From the NCBI GenBank assembly GCA_000826855.1, contig JTLS01000019.1:1-46435 (forward strand): a DNA stretch of 46,435 bases, written 5' to 3'. The stretch is from Basidioascus undulatus (lineage: Eukaryota). Made by a program: the position numbers and the translations under genes. Under the pieces are notes generated by a model. The model saw nothing but the letters and a program-made list of their open reading frames with translations, searched no databases and was not told the origin of the DNA. How positions within the stretch are numbered: the first letter of the stretch is position 1; each line of letters opens with the position of its first letter. Positions 11,461 through 21,926 of the stretch are shown here, piece after piece.

Positions 11461-13019
11461 TCAAGCACCCATCCCGCAGCCGAGCGCCTTCTCGCCGACG
11501 GTGCAGCACCCCGTTCTCTCCTCAACCTGCAGCGTCGCATGTCCAGTGCCATACGCAGTCAAGCACATCCGCATGGTGAGCGTGCTCGGGACGCGGACGT
11601 GCAGCGTCGCGAGGAGCGTCGTCTGCGAGAGGTGCCAGATGTTGAAGTCGGGTATGGCGAGGACGTTCGGGAGCTGTAGGAGAGGTTGGCGTGAGTCATG
11701 GCAAGGTAGGAAGGGAGGAAGGAGGAGATGGAGGAGATGTACCGAGAGGTCGTGTGCTAGTTTCTCGCCGCTCAGGCGCTGTGGTGTGGCTTCGAGCAGG
11801 ATGCGTCCGGTGCGCATGACTGTATCGGGGGAAGAGCCAGGGTTTAGAAACAGTGGGCAAGATTCACAGCCTGCGCATGAAGGTACCGAGCGGAATTGCA
11901 CCACCAAAGATGATCAGGGAGATGAGCAAGCTCGCTGCGGGGTCGGTGTAGAACCTCGCTGGTCCGGCAGCTCAAGGCCCAGGATTCCGGAGACAATCAC
12001 CTGTGAACTCGATTCTGTAAGATGCGAACTATCTCATACAGTGGGAAATGACCGTGGGGCGCACGGCCAGGTTGTTCAGTGCGTCTGCGTCGCGTCCAAA
12101 CCGGTCAGTTTAGCAGAAGTCGCTTGGGCAGTCTGAGTGGGACGTACCGCCGGTGAGATGGAGCAGAACACCCAGGATTCCGAGGTCGCCGTGGGAGTCG
12201 TGGGACGGCTCATCAAGGTGGTGATGGTGCCTACTGTGCTGTGCGCAGAAGCAAATGTCCAACGCAGCTGGGGTGGGGAAGGGGAGGAGGCCAGAGCCTT
12301 ATCAACAGCGAGGGAGGTGGGTGGAGAGGAGCATCTTCAGGTGCCTGGGCTCCATGCTCATGACCGTGTTCTGAATTTCTGCATCAAATCCTTTTAGCAC
12401 ATACAAAAGCAAAAAGAGCAAGAAGCAGAAGTGCCGTGTCCGACAAGCGCCATGCACAACACGTTCAGGCCCAGCCCGACGCTTCCTGCGACAATCAAAA
12501 GAAGCGGGCTCTCCACTGGCTGTAGGGAGGTGAAGCGCTCGAGACTCTGCAAGAAAATGGATAGCGCCAGGCCGAGCAGGAACACGCCGTTGAAGAACGC
12601 GCCGACGAGCTTAGCGTGCTGCCAGCCGTACGTCGAGCTCGGCGGGTGCTCGTCGCGCGTCGAGAGCTGCCGTTTCCGTAAGGAGAGCTATTGAGAAATT
12701 CCACAGGAACTTCAGAAATGAACGAGCTAGGTGGGTTGCGGAGAATGCTAAGGCGTAGGAGAAGATGTCTGCGAGGTAATGGACTGCGTCTGGGGGTCAG
12801 CCGGGCTGTGTAACGGGCAGATACTGCTCACGCACATGCGTCTACGATGAGAGCCAGGCTCTTTGTCTTGAGTCCAACTAGTGCAAACGCCAAATGTGAG
12901 CGCCGGCAGCGCCGGCCATTGGGGAGTGAGCACTGCCTACCTGTGAGCTCGGCGACGAAGAATGGACAAGAAGTCGCAAGGACGATCGCGAGCTGTCTCT
13001 GTGGCCTCACGATGAGCAA
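11461..13019 (-). pseudogene. Degenerate CDF-family zinc transporter (ZRC1/COT1/ZnT1-like)
   Basis: FFVAELT|VGLKTKSLALIVDA|FHYLAD, TYGWQHAKLVGAFFNGVFLLGLALSIFLQSLERF, His-rich loop, LGVLLHLTG|DALNN, RFYTDPAASL, HATLQVE. Lesions: no in-frame ATG (TTG at 13019), donor reads CT at 12730, frameshift between VIVSGI and RFYTDP (11956-12000), weak donors around the His loop. Confidence 0.75.
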
Positions 13020-14442
13020 ACGTCCCTTCGAGTGGTCCAGTGAGTATTGAAAGAGACATACACGGTATTTGCGGGAGACCAGCCTCCTGCGACCTTCTGG
13101 CTGCGTGGGTAGAAAGATAGAGTGGCTCTCGACGAGAAGCAGGATGAGGCTGCACGCATGCAACTTGATATGCTGAAAATAAACCCTTGTGCGACGATCC
13201 CGTTCCTACTAGGCTGTACAATTGAGTGGCTTGTTGTGCTCCCCTTCAATTCTCTGGAGTTTCACCACGACGAATGCCGTTCGTCTGTCAGATGCTGCGG
13301 TTCTTCGTCGCGATGCAAGTATACTCCCGCGAGTATTTTTCATAAGAGCAGGCCAATCATCCGTATTCAACGAAAAGACCGATTACTTCTAAGGAGGTCC
13401 CAGCAGTCATTTGTTGGCGTTTCAGTCTCTAAGCACTCTCGCATGCCAAGGGTTCAGCTGGTTCTGTGCAATTGGCGCATACGTTACATTTTTAAATGGC
13501 ACAATACTCTTTTTATATACCTTTATAGGGCGTCTGAGCTCCGAGGCAACGAGGATCGCCACCCGTCGGCCTGGTCAGAAGAGTGTTAGAGCTGTTATGG
13601 TTGCAAGGAAGCGGGTCGCAGAGAGGTAGTGAGTAGACTCCATGGCAGTAAATTATGTATTCGTTTCTGTCACTTCTTGTACCCCAATGGATAATGTTGC
13701 ACCGCACATCAGAGCAGAGGGCCGTCGAGTGAGCTCCTGGTGCGGGCAACCTTTCAGTCATTTCCACGGCGTGTCACTTTGGAGCATCGAGGTGCATTTG
13801 GTGTGCAACTTCACTCCCGGGTATAGATTCAGTGTGAAGAACAAAACCCAGCTATAATTTCGGTGGGTTGGTAACTCTGTTGTGCAGGAAAGCAGTCCCT
13901 GGCAAAAGGTCAGCACACTTCGTCGCGTCCCTGCCGTGTCCCATGGCCTTTTGTTTGCCACTTTCTGCACTCTTGAATACAGTTAGAAGTTGAATAAGGT
14001 GATTCAGAGTACGCCGCTTTTCTCTCGGTGCCTAAAAGGCGCTTCGACAAGGAACGCGCTCACGTGCGTGGCAGCTGTCTTCCCTTGCGGTCGGGCCGGC
14101 CCGATGGCTGCGACGGCGACCTGGGCCTCTTGAACTCGACGACCATCTCAACATCCTCGTTCTTTTCCAGTTCAGTAGGCTCACATTCACTCAAAGCGAG
14201 ATTTCGAATAGCGTCACCTGGACTCGATTGACTCGATCTGTCCACGCGAGCAACCTCTCGCCTTAGTCGCGAGCTCGCGGGCCCGGATAGCCTGTTGCGG
14301 AGGCCGTTCTTCTTCGACTCCTCTTCGATCGCATCTTCCAGTGAGTCGAAAGCTGTTCGGCAAAATAAGCCATCTTCTCGATTGCCTACGTTTTGGCGCA
14401 TTAGGCGAGATAGACTTACGCTCCACTCTGCCACAGTCCACC

Positions 14443-16923
14443 ATGTCCTCCTTAACTTCCCCTTCGAAACCCTCGCAGGGCCACGCCCGCCGCATCTCGC
14501 TCACAGTCGATGCTAGCTCGCCGACGGCCTCCTCCCCACGCATGGCCTTTCTCTCTCCTACCCGTCTGATCGGCCCGTCCAACATGTTCAAGCAGCGCGC
14601 CCCGACCGAGCCGTCTTCGCCCCGGCTCAAAGCCGCCGGAATAGACTCAGTGCGTCCCGCTCATTCAGTCGAGACTTTCCCAGCTGACAGAATTTATACA
14701 GCCCTCATCTGAAGTTCCTGTACGGAAGTGGTTGAGACCGATCAGTGGCAACCACCTAGGCCAGAAGAGCACGGGCGGTGCTCTGCACCGCTTGACGAGC
14801 TGGATGTGGGTCACCAGCGACTCAACGTCTCCATCGCGCTACGAGCTCGTCGGCCCATCGACGTCTTCCCCATCCTCCTCTCCCCGCTCATCTCCACCTC
14901 CGATCCCTGCACGAGGTCCGCAACGGGCGCTTTACCTACTCTCGCATCGGACCGGCCTTTCCCCTCTCTTCCTCGGCCTGCTTCTCTTCCTCGCACTCAT
15001 CAACATCGCTTCCGACTTCCTCCCGTCCTCTTCCGCTCCTCATCCGATACGCGTCTCTGGCAGAGAGCCGTACACTGTCTTACGCGAGCTATCGCTGCTC
15101 GACACCGAGCCCCGAACACCACGACCCGGGCACGAGCCGGACGTCACCGCCGTTGTCCTCAACTGGAAGCGCCTCGACAACGTCGTCCTCATCGTCGCGC
15201 AGCTCTGCTCGGCCGGCTTGGCGGACGTCGTCCATACCATTGTCGTGCATAACAACAATCCTAGCTTTTCCCTCACGAGCTCTGTGCGTAGTGCCTCCAG
15301 CTCGTTTCGCCATCCCAAAATAACTGACAGACTCTACACTTGCAGGACTTCGTGACGTCGCACTGTCCTGAAGATCGACTGCGTATCGTCAATGCAAAGA
15401 ATGACTGCTTTCTAGGCCGCTACCTCTCTTGCCGCGAGTCCAAAACGCCGTTCTGCTACGTTCAGGACGACGACTGTCAGTCTCTCAACATTCCTTCCAC
15501 CCTCGGAACCTCACTCAACCAACCGATTTCAGATCTCCTCCCTACACCTGTCATCCGCGCCATGCGTGCTCAGCTCAATCATGACCCCGACAGCACGCCG
15601 GTAGTCGCGACCGACGCCGAGGGCGCCGTGCGCGAAAGCTGGGAATGGTGTTTCAACAATTTCGGTGAGTGTTCTCAGCCCCAAGCCGCTGAATCGCCGT
15701 GAGAGATCTCACATTCCCCCCGATAGACCACACCCCTCCCCTCCACACCTGCATGTCCTGGCTCGGCACGGGCGCGCTCTTCTCTCGCGCGCTCGCGACA
15801 TCCTTCCTTACCTTCTTCACCTCTCCGACCCTCGCCCTCCCATCAGTGAGTTTTTACAGTAGAGATGGAGTTCTGACCGCGCTTCGCTGACTTAGACTGG
15901 GCTCCGTAGACGTCCCTCGACATGGCCGACAACTACTTCACTCTCCTCTCTAATACGCCTCCTCGCGCAGTCCTCTCCGCGCCGGTCCTCGGGCTGCCGC
16001 ATACGGACGCCTTCACAGTCGGCACGACGGGCGACGACAGGAACGACCGCCACATGCTCGACGCGCTCGAGCTGCTGCGGACGTACATCCGGAGCGGCGC
16101 AGAGACGCATTCGTACCCGAGCCTTGCGCAGGACGTCGCGTTGGACAGGACTGTGCGAGCGGTGGGGAGGGGAGGGGAAGTGCTTATCAGCAATGTGGGA
16201 TGGCTGCCGGAGCCGCTGGAGGGGAGGGAGCAGTGGGACGGACAGAGCGTGAGGGCGTGGGTGGAAAGTAGAAGGACGGAGCTGGGGCCGGGACTGCGGG
16301 ATTGGGTCGTTGAGCATGGGTTTGGACGGGCGCTTGAGGAGGATGCGGCAACGGCCTGGAAGAGCGTGGACGGTGCGTTTCATAGACGCTCGGATGTGAG
16401 GCTTCAAGGTCCCGACCGCTGACAAGATGCTGTTCCTCAGTCGCTAAACGCGGCGACTACGTTGGCCTCGACTTACGGGCCCTCCCTCTCCCTGTCCCCG
16501 ACGCAAGCACATCGCCAACTCTCAACATCCTCTTTCCCTCTCCGTCCATGCTCGCTCATTCCACTCTCCAGCATTCTCGTGACGGTATCAACTGGGTATG
16601 TCCCTTGCTCTCCGACCCTTATCCACTTCTCTCTCCACTCACGCGTTGGCTCCTTTCTCTCACGGCGCCAGCTAACGCTGTCTTCCATGAAGCAGGATCA
16701 CCTGTCGTCCGCTGCGCAGTGCACCAGTACCGCCCATCACCTCCACGCGCCCAAGTACGCCTTCCCCGACCCGCGGCGAGGCAAGGCCAAGTGGCGGCGC
16801 CGCCTCAGCCGGTGCAGCTGGGTCATCGGGAGAGGCGCGGACTGGGCTTTCGTGAGGGTGAAGCTTGACAGCGTCGTGCACGACGGGCAGGGATGGGTGG
16901 TGCATCGAATTTGGGTTGAGTGA
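14443..16923 (+). CDS. Type II membrane protein with GT-A/GT2-like (DxD) domain, function unknown
   Basis: Low-complexity N-terminus, TM LSPLFLGLLLFLALINIA, VTAVVLNWKRLDNV, IVVHNNNP, GRYLSC, CYVQDDD|Y, WLGTGA, MADNYF. All junctions splice in frame with GT-AG introns. Confidence 0.65.
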
Positions 16924-17471
16924 GCAGTCCACCAGATGGTGACATTCATATGCGTCGTTTTACGCTTCTGAGACGGAGGGCCTCGAGGCAGAGTCTGACG
17001 GTTCAATTTGCGCTTGTTTCTTGACACCGCTCAAGTTGTTTCATTTCAACGCTCGAGACCCGCGGAGGCGATCGTGCACGAGAAACTGCGAGTCCGTGAA
17101 TTAAAGGAGAGCAAATGTCGACTGGGACGCGTACACGAGCGGGTTATTACCTGGCTGGCCGCACCTCAGCGCTCCCTTCCATATTGTTTCTGGATTCGAT
17201 TTCTTAGTTCCAGCAATGGTACTTCGCGAGGTGCTACTGCGCTCACCTTCCCTCTCGTTTCTACCCACTACTTCATTCGAAAAACAGGAGCAACACGCTC
17301 TGGGAGATACTGGATGTAATCCGTAAGCGCGCACAGCATGTCATAATGTATCAAACGATCATCTTGACAGAATGTATCAAACCATCATGTCATGCTGCAT
17401 TGCAAAGCTTCAAGATACGACAGTCCTTCGTTCAAATATTCTTGTTCTCACTGATGCTCGCGAGCCATACT

Positions 17472-19067
17472 TCAAGCCCCAAGCTCCTTCGGGTCCAGCT
17501 CACCGCGCTGTGGAGCCGCCGCCGGTCGAATGATGAGCCTCTGCGTACACCCTATTCCGACAGACGAAACCAGGACTTACGGCAGCCTGCCAGCACCACT
17601 TGGCGCGCTCCACGAACAACTTCTTTGCGGACTCGACGTCTCCCTCGGCCCACTTCTGCATCGCGACGCCCTGCAGAGCGCGTCCGTAGCTGAACGAAAC
17701 GGGCCAGGGGAAACCCTCGTGCGACTTGGCGTAGCCTGTTCCTCAGGATGTCAAAAAATTACGCCGGCCCAAATATGGGAAACAGGTCGTACGGTTGATA
17801 GCGTCAAGGTTGAAGATCGACTCCGTGTCAGACATGCCGCCCGAAAGGAAGACGACGCCGGCAGTCGCAGGCGGAACGGTTGAACTTAGAACGTCTTTCG
17901 TTACACAACATGGTCAGTTATACACCTCTGGAGTGCAAACGTCGATTTCACACACGGTACGTCGCAGCGGCAACCTCCTCGGGAGTGATCTTGCCCTTGA
18001 ACTCCGTGCCGGCATGCGCCATGGCGGGCTTGAGAAGGAGGCCCGGGAGATAGAGCTTGTGGCGAGCGAGTGCGCGGAAGAGGCTGGAGAGGACCTCGAT
18101 AGAAGCTTCGACGGAACGGGCTGCAGAACAAGTTTCAGTGGCAAGTCCTCGATGCACTCAAGTACGAAAGCGTTCGTGTTGACCAACCAGTGTCGTGAGC
18201 GCCGTCCATGAGAATCTCAGGCTCGACAATCTGCTCACGCTGAGCTGAGAAACCACGACATAATTCATCGTAATTGAAACTCCAACGCACCGGAACGAAT
18301 CCCTTGGACTGGCAAATCGAGGCATAGCGCGCAAGAACCTCCGAGTTGGTCTCGATAGCGCGGTGCGAGGGCGTCGACTCAGTGATCGTAAAAACGCAGC
18401 CTGAAATGCAGACGATTAATTGCTTTATCGGGGTTGAAACGTGTTCCAGACACTTACGGTGCTTCGTGAACCGCGCGCCTTGCTCCCAGTACTTCTCGAG
18501 CCGCGCCCCCAGCCCGTCAAGACCTTCCGACGTCTGCTCGTTGTTGCTGTGCAGGAGGTCCACGAGCCCCTGGAATGTGTCTGAACGTCAGAAAAGACGC
18601 TGAAGTTAATGGGAAAAAGAAAAAGACTGACCTTGTCGGTCTTCACACCGACAACGACGCCGAGCTTCGTAAGGACGTCCGGGAAGGGTTCGCCCTTGTT
18701 CGTCTTGTGCCCGAGCGTCTCCTCAAAGGTGATAATCTGTTGAAAGAATTTCGAAACGGATTCAGAAGTCCAGTTCAGATGACATGATTAAGGATGGACT
18801 GACACCGCCGAGATACTTGCCCAAGTCAGGCGACGCAGTGAAGAGGGTGTCGCGCCACGCCCGCCTGTGCTCCTCGGTGTTCTCCTTCCCAACCTTGTCG
18901 AAACGCCTGGATATCCCTCGTCAACATCCGCTCCAAGCTCATATGAATTAGACAGACTTCTTGATACTGCCGGTCGACTCGTCGGCGGCCAGCAGGCCCT
19001 TCCCATCCGCCACGATGGAATCGGCGATCTTCTTGAGCGAGGCCTCGTCATAAACCGGCTTGGACAT
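17472..19067 (-). CDS. Fructose-bisphosphate aldolase, class I (Schiff-base, metal-independent)
   Basis: GKGLLAADESTGSIKKRF, ENTEEHRR, FEETL, VGVKTDKG, EGLDGL, GARFTKHR, LARYASICQ, VPIVEPE, LLKPAM (Schiff-base Lys), FLSGG, SFSYGRALQ. Nine canonical introns, no stops or frameshifts. Confidence 0.95.
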
Positions 19068-19160
19068 GATTGCGTGTCTGGCGTTGAGTATGATGGAGAT
19101 GAGAGCGTTGGAAGTTGATAGATGGAGTGGAAAAGAAAGACATGAAGGAGAGGGACCGGG

Positions 19161-19228
19161 ACCTTATAAGACGATAGTCGCAAGGTTGCGTCATTTGACC
19201 GGCCGTGTGACCTTCAAAGTCGAAAGGT
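19161..19228. promoter_or_regulatory. Cluster of ACCTT/AAGGT (ZRE-like) half-sites around a TATA-like element upstream of the aldolase
   Basis: ACCTT 19161, CAAGGT 19181-19186, ACCTTCAAAGT 19210-19220 (one mismatch to the Zap1 ZRE ACCTTNAAGGT), AAGGT 19224-19228, TATAAG overlapping 19163-19170. Lies about 95-160 bp above the ATG. Confidence 0.35.
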
Positions 19229-19520
19229 CTGCCGCTGCAGTCAGTCCGGGCAGCGCCGATGTGGAGAATGTGGAGACTTTGATCTTTGACAATAGACTGG
19301 TGATGATCGAAAGAAGTAGAAGGGGAGATAACCCTGATCACGTCCTCAGAGCACGGAGCCCGGCGAGCGCAATCTTGCTGTCTTGGATCACAACGCTGCA
19401 CCTTTCGTTAGGCTCTGAGTGTCCTATCCTGCCTACAAAAATGGGCAAATATTACGGGGCGACGTCTTGTAATACGATATTAAAGGCGTCTACCAAATGC
19501 CACGCCTTACAGCGCGCCCC

Positions 19521-21530
19521 TCACATCGCACACGTCTTGTCGCCTGCGCCCGGGGAAGAGCACCCGCACTGCGCACCCTCCTCCTCGGCCCTGCAGCACT
19601 CGCCGAGCGCGGCGAGCTGCCTCTTGAGGACGTCTACCTCCTTCACCACCTCCTCTCCACCCACGTCGAGCGCCTCCCTGACCATTTCCGAGATCCCCTC
19701 GCGCATCTCCGTTGGCACGAGCGGCAGGAGGTTGCTCGTGCTGCTGAACAGCGCGATTATGAGCAGCGGAGCGAGAGAATCCGAGTCGACTCCGAGTGCG
19801 GAAAGCCGCGTCGGTTGCAGGCGGGCGATAAGGGGAGGAAGGGATGCAGTGGAGGACGCGCGAGCGGTAAGAGCGGGGGTGGGCAGAGTGGCGAGATGTG
19901 CGAAAATACTCGCGAGGACCTCGGAAGCGGGTTTCGATGGGGCGAAGCTGAGCAAGAGTTTGGAGAAGGATGCGTTGAGGGTCGCCCATGACGACTGGGG
20001 GCAGGACGGAGATGAGGCGGGTTAATGTTGGAGGAAGGGGGCGAGGCGTTTACCTTATTGAGCGAGAGAGTCGTCAATGACAGCGGGGCAGCCAAAGAGG
20101 TCGGATCTGAAGGGGGGAGAAGCGAGAGGAGGGAGTAGCCGCTGAGGAAAGGGTAGAATGTAAGCAAACGTCAGCGAAGCCAGACGTGCTGATGTTAATA
20201 TACCGTGGTTGCCCAGTTGCCTTGTCTAGCGGCAAGAGCGAGTTCCACGCATCCGGGACGGATACCCAATACGAGGGATACTGGATCAGGTGGTATTTTT
20301 TAGTGAGCACGCACGTCGCAGAGATGTAGGACGTCAGTCGAGACAGCCCACTTTGAAACGTGCGACGTCCAAGATGAGCACCTGTCAGCCGAGTATGATC
20401 AGTCATTCCAATTCGTCACCAAAGTTCGATTCGAACGTGGATTCGCCAACTCACCATGTCGTCCTTCTCCGCATATCCCGCGATGGGCGAGAAGTGACCG
20501 TCGCCGGTCTGGCCCAATGCAGCTCGGGAATAGCTCAGTGCCATCAACGTTCCGGTCGTCGTGTTCGCGCGCTTGAGGTCCTCGCGGAACTTCCGCAAAG
20601 CCCGCTGGTGGTCGATCGTCTGGAGCGGAGAGACCACCTCGGCGTGAAGGCCGTTGCAGCGAGCGAGACAGGCGAACTCGGAAAGGGTCACGCCGACTTT
20701 CTCGACGGCGGACAGCGGGCGGCAGCAGTCGAGCATCTCCTGTTCATACCATCTGAAAACAAGGACCGTCAGGTTGTCATTGGCCAAAAAGCGAAGAGGC
20801 GCAGGCGCACCGCCAAGGCCCCTTCCTTCAACCATAGCACAGGCGGTCAGAAAATGGTACACCCGTGATGTACATTTCAGACTACGCCCTACCATTCTGA
20901 AAAGTAACTTCGATTAGTTCCACGGTGACAGCGCCCACTCGAATGGCGTGACTCACGTCTTTGCGGGTCCACCTCGAGGGCGTTCAAGATCTAAGGACGT
21001 GCATCGTCGGTCTAGGGCCTTCGATTTAGGCAGGAAAGGGTGCGTACCATGCAAAGAGTGCCCAATCCACAGTACGCGGGCTCCTGTTGCGAATGTAGTG
21101 TTAGCAAGAATCTGGGCAACCTAGCCCAATTGAGAGGTAACTTTCCTGTTGCGTCAAGAACTGAGAGAAGCAGCTCGGTAAGCGTCCGATCCACAGAGTA
21201 CTATCGAGCGCTTGCTGGAAAAGGCCAACTCACCTGACCCGCAAGAGGAACTGACCTCCGAGCCGCGGTCAGCACCGTATTCATCATCGTCCTCACCCGT
21301 TACACGCAGGACTTACAGTAAGCCTCCATGTTCCCCTCCGCCAGCGCCGTCCTAAACAGAGCCTTGCCCTTAGCTGACCCAAACGGTACGCATGAGGCCG
21401 GGAGAGGTCGCTTATAGAACGATGGGGCGGGCGTGAGCGGGTGGGGTCGAAGCGAGAGCGGTATCGCGGCGGCGGCGGCCGCGGCCTTGGTGGCGGCGGC
21501 GGTGGCGCCGTGGGCGGCTGGAATTGCCAT
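19521..21530 (-). CDS. PCS1: Phytochelatin synthase (glutathione gamma-glutamylcysteinyltransferase)
   Basis: SFYKRPLP, ALAEGNMEAY|FPLAGQ|FLTQQ|EPAYCGLGTLCM|ILNALEVDPQR|QW|KGPWR|WYEQEMLDCC, QTGDGHFSPIAGY, LILDVARFK|YPSYWV: Cys-His-Asp triad intact, Cys-rich C-terminus. The model needs micro-exons and one GA-AG intron. Confidence 0.93.
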
Positions 21531-21926
21531 GACTGGGTATGCGCTTTCGATGAGGACAGGACAATGCGACGAGATGTGTACGGTATGATTCGAGGTGGCG
21601 ATGCTGAGTGTGGAACGTCAAGTTCAGAAGAGGCTGACGAGCTTGAGCGAAACTCGCCCGCGAACGGCCGAGATCGCGATAAGGATCTAATCGCCGAGGG
21701 CGAGAATTCGAAGTCGCAGCTCGTGCACTTTCCCGGCATCGTTCTTCAATCCATCTTGAAGAGGGTAATGCAGGCCTACCCTGGGCGGGCACCTATTGCA
21801 CACAAAAAGAAGCATGCAAACGAGAATTGGAGCATAAAGCGCAGTACAGCTTGTGCACTACAATGCCCGTTGTCATGTATGGTCCGATCGCAAGTTCCCT
21901 TACCTCTATCAACTCAGACCGGGAAA

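Noticed and set aside
20888..20896. Apparent premature TAG in PCS (AA TGG TAG)
   Set aside because: Explained by the 4-nt micro-exon; the TAG lies inside the following GTAGGG donor.
21251..21316. ATGATGA and CTGA (C/D boxes) in PCS intron 1
   Set aside because: Only about 10 nt apart; the CTGA is the branch point.
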